From: the human T2T-CHM13v2.0 reference genome, Homo sapiens
NCBI RefSeq assembly: GCF_009914755.1
Contig: NC_060930.1
DNA: 64,000 bases
Direction: 5' to 3' (one strand)
Below, one piece after another: positions 44,001-59,411 of this stretch (positions within the stretch are counted from its first letter, which is position 1; each line of letters opens with the position of its first letter). The position numbers and the translations under genes were made by a program. Below the pieces are notes generated by a model, which did no database searches, was not told where the DNA came from, and was given only the letters and a program-made list of their open reading frames with translations.

Positions 44001-45749
44001 AAAAGAGGACTATAGCACAATAAACATGTTTCCCCATAACAACCCACTTCTGTATATTACCTTTTTTTCCTTCAGAATTGGAAGAGAAAAAAATAATTTT
44101 AGAAAATAGTTATTTGAAATAGGTTTTTATTAATCAATCAAAATATTTATTGAGTAATAACTATTATTCAGCAATAAATAAGAGTTGAGAAGAGGCATGC
44201 TGAACTTCAAGAGCTTTACAAAATAGTTGTAAAACTATTACTATGTAAAACTACAAAATCAAAAACTTTGAAAACATAACTTAAAAAATAAAGGTAAAAT
44301 AAATTAGCCTTAAATTATAGTGCTGAGTACAGCTTAAATTCAGAGATTTAGAGATGACTCCAATGTAGAACAGAAGGGAGGAAATTTAGTTTTAATCAGA
44401 CAATATCACTCCCAGTAGGGACTGATAGTCATTTAATATTTCCCTGGACAGATAGCTGCAAGTGATACAAATGTTAAATGGAAGTGACAAATATTTACTG
44501 TTCACAGGAGAAAATAAAAGTAAAATGACAACACTTGAATGATGTAATTTGTGTGTGTGTGTGTGAGGCTATCCAGGTTTTCAAATATTTCTGGTCAAAT
44601 GATTGAAACATTATAAACAGTAACATTAAAATTATATTTTATCCTCATTCTAGTATAATAATCTAAAGGCTATAAAGAAACATAAGTACAAACTTATCTG
44701 CACAGAAAAGTTTTGTTTGAAAAAAGCATGTTAATACTATTTTGCATATGAAACTAAGGTAATTTAAAGAAACTCAAAGGAATAAGTCAAAACAGCTGCT
44801 TCCTTCTCCCTAAATGATTGCCTTTTTGGACTCTGTACCTTCCAAATGTTGAGTGAATTTTAAATGTCTTTTAATGTGCGGGGTTTTTTTTTCCCCATCC
44901 CAGCAATCAACTTGAAGATTACACCACACCTGCTCTCCTGTTTAAGTTTCACTTTTTCTGAACTTAGCACTATACTCCAAAAACTGAATTTAGCTTTCTG
45001 ATTCTTGTCTAAAAAAATGAGTCAATATAGAATTTTTACTGATTTGTGACCATCGTTAACCATGTTTCTCTAGTGTTCAGAGATGTCTCATTCCATAAAG
45101 GGCAGTTAACACCTGTAAGGTAATTATATCTACCAAATGCTGTTGGCCAGGAATATGAATATATAATTGTTGCTGCCATCTGTTAATTGTTCTATTTGAA
45201 TCACTTACTTCATCATATACACTTACCTGACATCTAGATATTTTTAATAGCCTCGAGAAATGTTACGTATGCTTGTAGCAGAGTTTATAAGTTTTTACAT
45301 TATTAAGAAGGAATTTTTAAGTCTTTGGGGGAAGACACAAGTTAAATGGATAAAATAGCACATGTGTGCATGTATAGGGGTGGGGAGGAGTTTGGGGTTA
45401 TTCTACTGAGGAGGAAGCCTGAATAAGAAGGTAAATCATTTTCAGAGAGAAACATTTAATAGAGAAGATAAGAGTATATTAGAAGATAGCTGGATAACGG
45501 AGGTGGAATCTTACCTGAAATCCTATAAATTGAAAAAGCACTATTGAGTTCTATCACAAGAACCCCTCAGCAAAAGAGACTGATAAAACTTCTTACCAAG
45601 GAGCTGAAAACTCTTTCAATGTAAACCTCTCTCTCTCATGACTTTAAACCTTAAAGTAGAATCCTCAGGTTCCATAGAAGGATTCAGAATTTCTGCAAAT
45701 GTTTGATACACATTTTATTAGCAGTTTTAATAGCAATAAATGCTGTTAA

Positions 45750-45940
45750 CACTGGGAGGAAATTTACCAGCTGTATGACTTTAGGCAAGTTTCTTCACTA
45801 CTCAGTGCTTTGGTTTTATCACCTACAAATGAAGGATAACCGCAGTATGAAAATTAAAAGAGAATATATGTAGAGCATGCTTATCAGTGAATACCATACA
45901 GTAAGAGTTCAATAATTATTACCTATTATTATAATCATTA
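45750..45940 (+). mobile_element. MIR
   Basis: ttaccagctgtatgactttaggcaagtttcttcac...cagtaagagttcaataattattacctattatt. Confidence 0.75.
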
Positions 45941-46059
45941 AGAAAATTCTAACACTTGGCAGACTAATAATATACTCAATTGTACTGTAGATTATTTTTC
46001 TGAAGGCTTCTTTTGCCCAGTTCATGCAGATGGTTGAACACTTTATGGATATGGCATGG

Positions 46060-46509
46060 TGTAAGTGGGTGGAATAGTGGGTCCCGAAACAGATGTCAAC
46101 ACCTGGAACTTCAGAATGGAACTTTATTTGGAATAAGGCTCTTTGCAGAGGTAATTAAGGATCTTAAGATCATATTAGATTTGGGTGGGCCCTAAATTCA
46201 ATGATGAATATCCTTTTAAGAATCTGAAAAGGAGAAAACAGAAACATAGGAAAGATGAACATGAGAAGATGAAAGCAGAGATTGGAGTGATGCATCTGGA
46301 AGCCCAAAAATGCTAAGGAAAGCCAGGAGTCACCAGAGGCTGAAAAAGGCAAGGGAGCATTGTCCCTAGAAACTTCAGAGAGAGCATGGCACTGCAGACA
46401 CATTGATTTTTGAGCTTCTGGTCTCCAGAACTTTGATAGAACAAGCTTAGGTTGTTTCAATTCACCCAGTTTGTGGTTCTTTGATAAACAGTTGTAGGAA
46501 ACTAATACA
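46060..46509 (+). mobile_element. MLT1B/C MaLR LTR
   Basis: TG...CA; ttatttggaataaggctctttgcagaggtaattaag, gcagagattggagtgatgcatct, ggaaactaataca. Confidence 0.88.
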
Positions 46510-47131
46510 CAACTTAGGAGGAAATTTGTACTTTTTTTTTCTTTTAAAGGTCAGGCCTGCATGTACACAGGCTCTTGTAAAAATAAATTTTTAGAATAGT
46601 TATGCATTTACAGGAAATTTCCAAAGATAGTACAAAGTTCCCATATATCCATATAGCATTTCCTCTTACTAGCATTTTACATTAACATGGTATGTTTGTC
46701 AAAATTAATGAACCAATATTGGTACATTATTACTAACTAAACTCATTTTATTCAGACTTATTTAGATTTACTTAGTTTTTACTTAATGTCCTCTTTCTGT
46801 TCCAGGTTCCCAACCAAGAAAATTAATTACATCATATCTCCTTCATCTTCTAAGTTCTGTGAGTTTACCAGACTTCCCATGTTTATAGGACCTTAACAGT
46901 TTTAATACGAAATAGTCATTAGGTATTCTGCAGAATGTCCCTCCATTGGAATTTGTCTGAATTTTTTTTCATGATTATAAACTGAGTCTATGAGTTTTGG
47001 GGAGGGAAACCAGAGAGGTAAAGTGCCATTTACATCATACCACAGCAAGAGCGTATACTAACAACATGACTTATCACTGTGGATGCCGACCTTCACTACC
47101 TGGCTGAAGTAGTCTTTTAGAGCCCACCTAG

Positions 47132-47468
<337 letters not shown>

Positions 47469-47758
47469 CTATTCATTAATTCTTAATCACACCTGTCCTT
47501 AGTCCTTAATCATATAAACATATCTGTTTAACACATTAGATATTACATAAGGTGATATTCACATTTCTGCCATGTAATGTAATCACATTATCTAGGAATT
47601 AGGATGTGGACACATCCTTTTGGGGGGTCATCAGTCAATCCACTACACCACAATTACAGTATCATTGTTTCATGGCCCTTAAAAAACTCTCAGTGCCTCA
47701 CCTATTCAAACCTCTTCTCCTCCACAAACCTCAGGCAACCACTGATCCCTTTATCTTC

Positions 47759-48242
47759 TGGGATGGTTATTATTTTTTTTTTCTGTCAACTTAAAAGTTG
47801 TTTGTGGATGATATTAACATTTAATATATGCTTAATCATTTTGCCCTCCATAATGTGGGTAGGCCTTATCCAATCAGCTGGAGACCTGAATAGACAAAAA
47901 GACCAGCCTCCGGGAGGAAAAAAGAAATTCTCCAGCAGACTGCCTTCAGATTTTATCTGCAACATTTGCCCTTAAAAATTCATTTGCAACACTGGCTCCT
48001 CCATGAGTCATGAGCCTGCTGCCCTTTGAACTGAAACTGCACCATCAGCTCTCCTGAGTCTCCAGGCTGCCAGCCTTCTAACTAGAACTACCATTGACTC
48101 TCCTGTTCTCAAACCTGCTAAACTGCAGATTTTGGATTTACCAGCAGACATAATTTCATGAGCTGCTTTCTATAATTAATCCCTTTCTACAAATAGACAC
48201 ATTCTATTGTTTCAAATTTTCTGTACAATCCTAACTCATACA
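47759..48242 (+). mobile_element. MLT2B-type (ERVL) LTR
   Basis: tgtcaactt, gccctccataatgtgggtaggccttatccaatcagctgga, ctgcaccatcagctctcctg, cctaactcataca. Confidence 0.85.
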
Positions 48243-48295
48243 TTGTCTCTATAGTTTTGCCTTTTAAAAAATGTCATGTAATTCTTCAGACTTGG

Positions 48296-48705
48296 TGATA
48301 TAGCTTGAATCTGTGTCCCCACCCAAATCTCATGTTAAATGGTAATCCCCAATGTAGGAGGTGGGACCTGGTGGGAGGGGATTGGATCATGGTGGTGGTT
48401 TCTCAGGAATAGTTTAGCACCATACCCTGTGATACTGTCCTCATGATAGTGAGTTCTCATGAGATCTGGTTGTTTAAAAGTGTATAGCATCTTCCCCCAT
48501 CCTGCTCCTGCTCCTGCCATGTAAGACACCTGCCTCCCTTTTGCCTTCTGCCATGATTGGAAACTTTCTGAGGCCTCCCCAAAAGCAGAAGCCACTATAC
48601 TTCCAGTACAGCCTGTGGAACTGGGAGCCAATTAAACCTTTCTTTTGTTATAAATTACCCAGTCTTGAGTGTTTCTTTATAGCAATGCAAGAACAGACTA
48701 ATACA
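48296..48705 (+). mobile_element. MSTA MaLR solo LTR
   Basis: tgatatagcttgaatctgtgtccccacccaaatctcatg...gcaatgcaagaacagactaataca; 5-bp TSD cttgg/cttgc. Confidence 0.92.
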
Positions 48706-48717
48706 CTTGCCTTTGGG

Positions 48718-49028
48718 CTTTTCTTTTTTTTTTTTTTTTTTTTTTTTTTCGATGAAGTCTTGCTGTGTCCCTTAGGCTGGAGTGCAGTAGCTCAATCTTG
48801 GCTCACTGCAACCCCCGCCTCCCAGGTTCAAGCAATTCTTCTGCCTCGGCCTCCTGAGTAGCTGTGATTACAGGGATGCACCACCATACCTGGCTAATTT
48901 TTGTATTTTTAGTAGAGACAGGGTTTCACCATGCTGGCCAGGCTGGTCTCGAACCCCTGACCTCATGATCCACCCAGTTCGGCCTTCCAAAGTGCTGGGA
49001 TTACAGGCCTGAGCCACTGTGCCCAGTC
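48718..49028 (-). mobile_element. AluS (Sg-like)
   Basis: Long T-run followed by an antisense dimer; TSD gcctttggg. Confidence 0.95.
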
Positions 49029-49166
49029 GCCTTTGGGGTTTTAAAAAATAGTTATATTATTTGAATCATACAATATTTAGCGTTTTCAGACTGACTCCTT
49101 TCACTGAGCAATATATATTTAAGACTCAAGCATGTTTATGTATAAAGTGATAGCTAATTTCTTTTT

Positions 49167-49429
49167 TTGCTATTTTAAGGCTTTTTTTTTTTAAAGTTCT
49201 GGGATACATGTGCAGAACATGCAGGTTTGTTACATAGGTATACATGTACCATGGTGGTTGGCTGCACCTATCAACCCGTCATCTAGGTTTTAAGCCCCGC
49301 ATGCATTAGGTATTTGTCCTAATGCTCTCCCCTCCCTTGCCCCCAACTCTCTGACAGGCCCCAGCGTGTGATGTTCCCCTCCCTGTGTCCATGTGTTTTC
49401 ATTGTTCATTTATGAGTGAGACAAGCAAC
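49167..49429 (-). mobile_element. 5'-truncated L1PA 3' end
   Basis: aagttctgggatacatgtgcagaacatgcaggtttgttacataggtatacatg...atgcattaggtatttgtcctaatgctctccc; TSD agct(a/c)atttcttttt. Confidence 0.92.
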
Positions 49430-49602
49430 AGCTCATTTCTTTTTATTCCTTTTTATTATTGAATAGTATTCCACTGTGTGCATATACCACCATTTCTTTA
49501 TTCGTTTGCCTACCAAAGGGCATTTGGGTTGCTTCCAGTTTTTGGTGATTTTATATAAAGCTGCTTATACATATTTGTATGCAGGCTTTTCTGCAGAAAT
49601 AA

Positions 49603-49909
<307 letters not shown>

Positions 49910-52900
49910 CAGAAATAAGATTTTGAATCAATTAGGTAAGAATGTGATTGCTGGATAGTATCTTAAGACTATGCTTAATTTTGTATGAAATGTCAAAGTA
50001 ACTGTACCAACTTGCATTGCCACTAGCAATAAATGAAAATTCCTGTTTGTGTCACATCCATGTTAGCAACTGGTACTTTCATTTTTTTTTTTTGGTGGAT
50101 ATTAGTCATTCTAATAGGTTTAGAGGGGTATGATGTTTTGCTAATTTGCAGTGTTGAAAAGACACTACTTTCTTCATTGGATCATCTTTGTGTCTTTGTT
50201 ACAGAGCAGTAAACTATATTTGTATATGTCTATTCTGGGTTTTCTGATATATTTCATTGATCTATATGTCTAGTATTTCTCCAATACCACATTATCTTGA
50301 CTACTGTAGCTTAACAGTTATTCCTGAAATTGGTTAACTGTAGTACTCCAACTTTTTGTTTTCCTTCTTCAGTACGACTATGTTTGCTATTATAGGTCTT
50401 TTGCCTTTCTACATAAACTTTAGAATTGGTTTATTGATTATCTACAAAATAGACACTGGGACTTAGATTGAGATTTTGTTGAATCTTAAGATCAAGTTAG
50501 GAAGAACTGACATCTTAACAATATTGAATCTTCTATTCCATGAACACAGAATATCTCTTCTTCATTTATTGTGTTTTTATTTCTTTCATCAGTGTTTTAT
50601 AGTTTTCCCAATACAGACCCTATATGCACTGTATTAGCTTTATACCTAAACAATTACAACAGCGATGCAATGTCTTGTCCTGCTTATGACCTAGGATTTT
50701 ATGTAGCTGAACAAGCTCACTTTCTTGATGCAAGGTCACAATGTTACCTGTAGGGAGAGTGTCTTTGATGAAACTAGAACTTGCCTTTTAGACGCAGCAT
50801 GCAAACTAAAGGAAAAATGGCTATTTACAAACTCAATGTCTGACTAAGCAGAATATTGACATATCTGAGATTACTTCAAAATATTATCTTTCAATAATGA
50901 TTGGTGTACTCCATCTAAACTAAACTCTTTGCCTGGTAAGCATGGTAAGCAGCAGTTAAATTTTCTTAATGACTCAGCATTAAAATAATTTCCAATTATT
51001 CCTCTTTCAAGCCTGTGGATCAGCTTACTAAGAGACTGTCCTGTGATTTCAAAATAAACTATTAATATACCCTTTTAAAATGATGTGTATTATTTATACT
51101 AATAAGGATTTTCCAGACACCATGAAACCAAAACAAAATGTAGAAATTAATGAGAAGTTAAGGCCAATATATGATGGCTGCTATCATCTAAAACCAATGA
51201 AGTTTAGTTTTTGCTTTTATCAAAATACTCTTTCACTTACTGGCTTATAAGGAAATTTTATAAAGTTTTAAGATAATTATATCTTTATAAAGTATTTATT
51301 GAACTTTCACACTAATTTCATTTTTTAAAGTAGCTTTCAATGTTAAAGAATCAGTAATACATGTAATACATGAGGATCAAAATCTGTAGTTTGCATAGCA
51401 AGTCAGACAAGGTGATCTCGAGTCATCTTTCCATCTTCTTTAGAATCTCACCCCACCCTCCCAGCCTCACTGCTTATACAAGCATAGGCACTGTGCTTCA
51501 GCTTGGAAGACCCTCTTCTTTTTCCTCATTGGTTTACCAAAACCACTCCTATCCAAATTGCCCTTCAAATGGACACAGGTACAGCCGTCAATTCTCTTCC
51601 CTTGATTCCCAGAACACTTTGAGTGAACATCATTTTGGCACATCATGACCAATTCATTGAGAGCAAAATCTGCACAATACTGTGCTTCTCAAAAGAGAGT
51701 ACTTGTGTATTCACAGGAAAAAGGAGAAACCACAAGAAAACTCTGGTGAACCTCCTCTGGATTCTAAAGAGTTAAGGTAGAAATCACAATAACATGCCAG
51801 AAGAAAGAATACAGAATTCCAACAAAATTTTAAGATACAGTAAAAACTTTTGAAGGAATTTTTCTGTTGCAGATGAATAAATCAAGCTATACACTCAACT
51901 CTCAAGAGGCAGTCATTCTTTTCTAATGCTAGAGTTACTTGATAGGAAGGATACTTTTGTACGTTCACAAGCTAATATGAAGTACCAAAAAGATTCATTT
52001 GAAACAGATGATAAATGAGTGCTGCACAGAAATGACATGAACCAATACTTCAATGTACTGCAACAAGAATTCTTTCTATCAAAGATGTTACTAGTGCCCA
52101 TTTTGAAAAGTAAGGCCTAAACAGGCCTATTGATTTCATCAGGACATATTTCCACTAATTGCACATACTGCTTATGTGAACCACGATTTGTACAGATAGA
52201 GATCTTGATGTATTCTAGGTCTTCTTTCTTGCTTTGAATATTATACAATTTGCCTTATCAATTATCTGTTTAAGTTGGCTTGTAATTCTGACTACATGTA
52301 TTTCTTTTCATTCTGATTATTACACACTTAAGCTCAATAATCTCCTCAACTGATTTTTCAGTACCTCTCAGAGTAGGCCATCTCATCACTGCTATTCAAG
52401 AAAGAGGTAATATTCCAATGTTATTCATGTGTGGTGCATGTTTTCATTAATAATGTGGCTTGTCTGAAAAATAAAATTATTTCTTGCCTTATTGCTCCAG
52501 ATTCTGCTGTTATTCCATGATAGTGCTAGACTTTTTTTCATTAGAACACCCATTAGCTTTGATCACCAGGAATTAAGTATTCACCTAAATTTCATTGATA
52601 TTCTCAGGTTCTTTTTGTTACATTCATATTAGAAACATATTGCACACTACCTTCAACAACAACAACAGAATACTCAGTAAATGTCTGCTAAATAGAACTG
52701 AAGAGAATAAGAAATGCCATCACTTTTCTGAGATACAGGAGTCAAGCAAAAGTGAGGTGATATATCACTCCTAATAAAAACAGTGTGTACAGACGAATGT
52801 ATAAACATAATGGCATATGCAACACATTTACAAGTTGAACATCATTACCTTCAGAACAATCTCAAACTAATAGTATTTAGAAAAAAAATTAAGGTATTGC

Positions 52901-55289
52901 ATTTTATTAGGCATGTCCCTACTCCCATTTTGTATATACTTTATTGTCATTTCACAGCTAGATGTGTCATCATGTCAGTTGAGAACATTAATCTTGCTTA
53001 GGCTGAAAGGAAAAAATGCCATCCAAGGAAAGCAATGAAGCATTTCTCTATATCTTTTATGTTTAAAGGCTTTCTGAGTGTCATCAGATAATGTCACATT
53101 CAGACAATCATCTTGCCAGTTCTGAATGTACTACTCTGCTTGTATTGCTTGGCAAAAAGATAGAATAATACAGTTAGAGTTATGATATGGTATATTTTCT
53201 CTAAGTCATAGAATGTTTTCAGATGACAATACTGCAGACATTAAATAATTGCTTAAGTCTAAACAGTAAGGTGCCTTGATGTGGAATGTAATTTGTTCTA
53301 ATTATTCTGGTTATAATTTTTCTATCTCACATTTTAAAGTTTCATTTCTTTACATAGCTAGAATATCAAATCTATTTCTGCAAACATTATATTTTCTCAA
53401 AGGATAGGCTCTCAATAATAACTCTTGCAATGAACAGAAAGCCTGCCTTTCTTCAAATCAAGAATACGAGACATACTTTGTTGCCCGGGCATATATGAAA
53501 GCCCTAAAAAAATACTCCAGTGTCTCATTCAGTGAATGGTCCCACTGAGTTACGAGCTAGAAATCTAGAAGCCTTGCTCACCTAACCCTATATTCCTCTC
53601 TTACTAAGTCCTAAAATTTTTTTCCTTTATCTTTTGAATCTGTACAGTCCACTATCTACACATTAATCCAAGGTAGTGAGATAAAAATAGTCATTATCGA
53701 GTGAAAGGGTTTCATTTAGGAAATGCTGGTTAAACAAACTAATCCTGATCACCGTAAGACTTGTGAGCCTTGAAAATGTTTTATTGTAACTCTCCAAGGC
53801 ATATTTTGAAAATTCATTTGGCAATTACATTAAACACTCAGGGACTATTTGACCAGAAAATGGAATGGTTTTGGCATAGAAACGGAGAGATTTCACCTCT
53901 GATTTAGATACCCAAGGCTCTGAAAACAGACACATTAAGGAATAAGGAAGTACCGATATAAAAAAAAATTGAATAACTGAATTATAGTCTAAGAAATTTG
54001 GTCTGAATGTTGCAAAGTTCTGGGCTAGCTCCTCCACTCCAGAATTACATAATTTATTGTTGCATGAATGAGTATTGTTTGTCTTGTGTCTTATATTTTC
54101 CATCCATTTCATATCCTTATGGATTTACACATGTCTACTTTTTGCTCTACTTCTCAGACACCTTGTGCACCATTTTCTTTCTCTTTTCCATTTTAAGGAG
54201 AGAGAATTGAAAGGGGTGTGGTACATTGAAGAGAAAAATCAATTCCCAAGAAGCAGTAAAAAGCATAGCTGAAATAAAGGACTACAGATTGTGCAGGGAC
54301 AGAGCTTTGAGCATTCTATTCATGCCATGGCTTTCTTTCAAAGTCACTGGAAGATAAAGAAGCAATTGTGACTTTGGAAATCTTCCACATACAAGCTGTG
54401 TGTTGCTTGAAAAACTACTTCTCTGGTAGCAAAAAACATGGGTGATCAGTTCCAGGAGCGGGGAGGGCTACACAAACCATGCCTGACTTAATAAAAATCT
54501 ATGCGGAGCCACATCGGATGAACGACCACTATGAATGCTCTAGTCTGCATCTACTTGGGATGGTAGTGGTGGGGGATGGCAGGTGCATATTTGGAAACAG
54601 GTAGCCTATTAACTACTTTTCAACAGTAAAATTAGCTCTTTTCTGTTTCCAGGCATCTGAGCATCTCAGCATATAATAAAAATTCATCTCTCACTGCAGT
54701 TCTGGCTGAAAATCTTCCAGTGTCCCTCTGACCAGAAGTAAAATTAGGACGCCTGCAGAACAATATGCCCTCCTTCAAGTCAAGTACAGTTGTATCATTG
54801 TGCTTGTTTTAAATTAACGAGGCTCAGTTTTAAAAGGGGTATCTCCAAACCACCATCTCTCTGTTTATACGAAAGCATGAATAACTTTTCAAAGATTGTT
54901 TTTTCACTGTGTTTATTTAATGTCAAATTAGAGCCAATGAATGCTGTGATAATGTCTTGTAACATAAATTGAAAGTTGAAAAATGAGTCATCACTTTTTT
55001 GTTATTGTTCTTGGCTCTGATCTCTTTAAGAAAAATATCATACTGGTTAATAGTTTGTTTATAAACTATTTAAACAAATTAGTCCCATTGATGCACAAAA
55101 ACTATGTCTTTAAAGGTCAAATCAATTTTTTGAGACAAATAATTACAAACTGCTTTGCTCCTAAAATTTCCACATTTGTACCTAAAGCTATGAAATAAAA
55201 TGCTCAGTAAAATGAAATAAAATGAAATAAAAGCACACTAAAATACTATAAAAGACAAAAGGTCAAATAGTTACAGGCTGTGTGTTTTA

Positions 55290-55592
<303 letters not shown>

Positions 55593-56838
55593 CAGGCTGT
55601 GTGTTTTAAAAATGAAAACTAGTGCCATCAGTAATAGTCTCTTCCTCTGATTCTCCCTTTCCCCACCGGGGCCCACACTAGAGAACAGCAGTCATGTTGG
55701 GCTGTACTGTAAATCTTTCCTGTATTACGCTGATGACACCACTACTATGTGAACAAAACATAAGTGACATTAGTTAAATTTATGGCATACTTGACTTTCA
55801 TTTAGCATGTGAATATCATACTCATAATATCCTCCACAAAATTATTCCCACCATACACAACCTGTGTTCTACATATGCTACTGCAAGTCTAATAGATAAA
55901 ACGGCAAAAACTAATGGATATGACAAACCATCCTTCATGTCCTTTTATAATGCTTTGTTGCCCATATAAGATACAAAATTGTCCTGATTTTTTTCCATCA
56001 GCCCCATTTGAACATCTAGGTGTCAGCATCTTCCATTCTAGTTAGAGAACAACTTTCTACAGAAAGTCACTCAAAAATTACTGAGACTGACTCATATGAA
56101 CACCTCAACTATAAAATGAAGTAGAACTGATACATTTCTAACAAAAACTCATTAGTCAAAAATTCCACCATAAAAAAGATACGTGCATGCTGACAATTTC
56201 TGCTCAGGGTATTTATACAGAAAGAGAATAATAACATCTATTTAAAACTGTATGTTGAAAAACAAACAGAAATTTGACATTTAATTTATAGTTTGATTTT
56301 TTCTTGTGTGATACTATATAACAATATTAGTTTAGACAAGATGAATAGAATGATGTGACTTATAAGATATAATCCTGACAACGGATATCTACGGTTTATT
56401 TCAGGTTTAAAATTTGTATTATTTTGATATCTAAAGTAAATATCAAAAAGAACACATTTTCATATATGACATATATAAATGATGAAATAAATTTGAGAAT
56501 ATAAGGAATCGGTATTTCTCATTTTTATGGACAAAATTTTAAAAGTAGTGTGCAGATATTTTAGATTTCATTTTTTACCTTGAAATATCCATATGAAGTG
56601 GTTACATTCAATTTAAGTTTACATGTTAATCATTTATGATCAAAATTACATCTGAGCTAATATTTTTAAATTTTTTGGAAGATAAGAAACATCAGGCTTA
56701 TATTTTGATAAAACATATTTCACAAACCCAAAATTAAAATTGGATTTTTTGTGTGGTAGAAAACAGAAAAGCTACAAGCAAGCAAAAACCAAAAATACTT
56801 TCATAGCTATCTGAATGAAATAATAACTAAAGAAAGGC

Positions 56839-56972
56839 TTTTTTTTTTTTTTCCCCTGAGACAGGGTCTCGCTATGTTGCTCAGGCTGTTCTCGAACTCT
56901 TGGGCTCAAGTGATCTTCTCGTCTTGCCTTCCAACGTGCTAGGATTACAGGCATCAGCCACTACACCTAGCC
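56839..56972 (-). mobile_element. FLAM (free left Alu monomer)
   Basis: ~130-bp monomer with a T-run; TSD ctaaagaaag. Confidence 0.9.
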
Positions 56973-57646
56973 TAAAGAAAGATTTTAAACAACAAGAAAT
57001 ACACTGATGTTGTGGGCCCTCACATATTTATGGCAACTCCTTATCTTTTATTTCCCCCAAATTTATAATAAGAATATAAAATTCCAATATTTTAAGAATC
57101 AAATTCTGCCCCTTGCAACCAAAGTGACAAAACAGTTTTGACAACCTATGAGCTTTTATTGGCCCTAAGTGGGTCTAATAATACTATTATTGCAATATCA
57201 AATAAATATATTTACCAATAATTAGCAATAAACTATATTTGTGAGGAAGGATATATTTCCATTTCCATAGTCAAATGCAACTATATAATACAAAACAAAC
57301 ATACTTATGTATTTATAGCTTTTCTTAGGACATGCGCATATTTAAAAATTATTCCTGAGTTTGAACTGCTCCTTGGTCTGTCTTATCTCTTGTCTCAGAG
57401 CCCGTATTTTTTGAATTCTACTGATGATATAAAAATGATCTTTTCTAGAGAGATTTGTTAAACATCTTGTTCTACTCTGCCTTGTGATAACTGTATTTTT
57501 CAAAACTTAAATTTCAGAACATTTTATAGTCACCTGTGATAGTTTTATGCGTCAGCTTGGCTAGGCTATGGTGCCCAGGGTTTGGTCAAATATTAGACTG
57601 GGTGTGCAGTGAAGGCATTTTGCAGATGTGATTAACACTTAAGCAG

Positions 57647-57953
57647 AGCCAGGCACAGTGGCTCACCATGTCTGTAATCCCAGCACTTAGGGAGGCCGAG
57701 GCAGGCTGACCACTTGAGCTCAGGGGTTCAAGACCAGCCTGGGCGATGTGACAAAATCCCATCTCTACAAAAAATACCAACATTAGCCAGGCATGGTGGT
57801 GCACACCTATAGTCCCAGCTATTCGAGAGGCTGAAGTGGGTGGAGTGCTTGAGCCCAAGAGGTCGAGGCTGCAGTGATTGTACCACTGCACTCCAGCCTG
57901 GGTGACAGAGTAAGACCCTATCTTAAAACCAACCAACAAATAAACAAATCAAT
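57647..57953 (+). mobile_element. AluJ nested in the MLT2
   Basis: gcttgagcccaagaggtcgaggctgcagtga; TSD cacttaa(g/t)cag. Confidence 0.94.
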
Positions 57954-58198
57954 CACTTAATCAGTAGACTTTGAGTTAACAGATTTCCCTCCATAACGTG
58001 GGTGAACCTCATCCAATAAGTTGAAGGCCTTAAGAGAAAAAGACAAAGGTCCCTAGTAGAGGAAGAAATCTGACTCTAGACTGCCTTCAGACTCAAGATT
58101 GCAACATCCACTATTGCAAGAATTTCCGGCACGCCCTGCAGATTTCAGACTTATCAGCTTTCACAATCTTGTGAACCAATTTAAAATTAATCATTCAA

Positions 58199-58200
<2 letters not shown>

Positions 58201-58236
<36 letters not shown>
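58201..58236. repeat. (AC)18 microsatellite
   Basis: Direct count. Confidence 0.97.
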
Positions 58237-58239
<3 letters not shown>

Positions 58240-59046
58240 CCTAATAATTTAGTTCTATTTCTCTGGAGGACCCTAATATATCACCACATTTTGTTTTCTT
58301 CTCTATTTAGTCTTAGATAAGGCAAGGTCTAACCATGATTGATGTGTGCTCACAAAAAATATGTGGGGTTTCCTTTTTTCCACTCTCACTATTCCTTGAA
58401 CTACTGTTGAACTATGTTTCTTGACCAGCTGGAGGACTGGTTGAAGGAGAGGGCTGGACCCAAGAGCAGTGGTGCTCTTCCCTGGTGGTTTGGTAAAGCC
58501 ACTGTGCCATGGTCCACCTTTCACTTTGGCTCCCTTAGATATAAGGAGTTGTTGTGTCTAAGCAACTTTATGCTGCCTGTACAACAGAAATGTCTGTTCA
58601 CTTTTGCCTTGTTATCACATGTATATGAAACTTGGGGATTCCCAGAACTGTTTTTCAATGTGGTTGAGATTCAGCCTAGGGAGTGAGCCTGAAAGGTGTA
58701 TGGCCAGCCTGCTCCACTGCATTCTCATGCACTTTGCTCCATTCACTCTGTTTTAGAAACAAGGCCTTCTTAGCTAAATCCTGCACTAGGATATCCCTAT
58801 GCCCTCTGAGCCTCAAAATGCTGCTAATTCCATATGCTGTTGATTTATAACAGTGAAGCTAAGTCTATGAGATGTGCACTGGGTTTACCCTGAATGCCAC
58901 AATCACGTTTACATTTAGAGGTTGGCCATTGTGATCAAGTACTCAAAAAATAAAAAAAAATAAAAATAAAAATAATAAAAAAAAACAAGAAAAGAATAGC
59001 ATCTGGTAGAGTTTTAAGAAGTCGTCAGATATACCAATGAATAAGA

Positions 59047-59411
59047 TGTTATGAGCTGAACTGTGTCTCCCCAAAATTCGTACGTTGAAGCCGTAACCTA
59101 ACTCCTAATACCTCTGAATGTGACTTCATTTGGAGATATTAAAGTTAAATGAGGTTTTTAGGGTGGGGTCCTATTCCAGTATCTCTGGTGTCCCATAAGA
59201 AGAGAAAGAGATATCTGGGATGTGAACACACTTAGGAAAGAACACTGTGAGGACACAGTGATAAAGTGGCCATCTGCAAGCCAAGGAGAGAGGCCTAAGA
59301 GGAACCAAACCTCCTGACACTTTGATTTCAGACTTGCAGCCTCCAGAACCATGGTGTTTAAGCCACCCAGTTTGTACTAATTTGTTATGGCATCCTAGGC
59401 AGACAAATACA
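59047..59411 (+). mobile_element. MLT1A/B MaLR LTR
   Basis: tgttatgagctgaactgtgtctccccaaaattc...gccatctgcaagccaaggagagaggcc...gacaaataca. Confidence 0.9.

Larger units (their letters stand above)
57535..58280 (+). mobile_element. MLT2D-like ERVL LTR, interrupted by an AluJ and containing (AC)18
   Basis: tgtgatagttttatgcgtcagcttggctaggctatggtgcccag...ctctggaggaccctaatata; 5-bp TSD tcacc at 57530-57534 and 58281-58285. Confidence 0.9.

Noticed and set aside
58944-58996. Orphan A-rich tail suggesting a processed pseudogene upstream
   Set aside because: No TSD or recognisable mRNA-like ORF; the upstream DNA looks more like decayed old L1 sequence.
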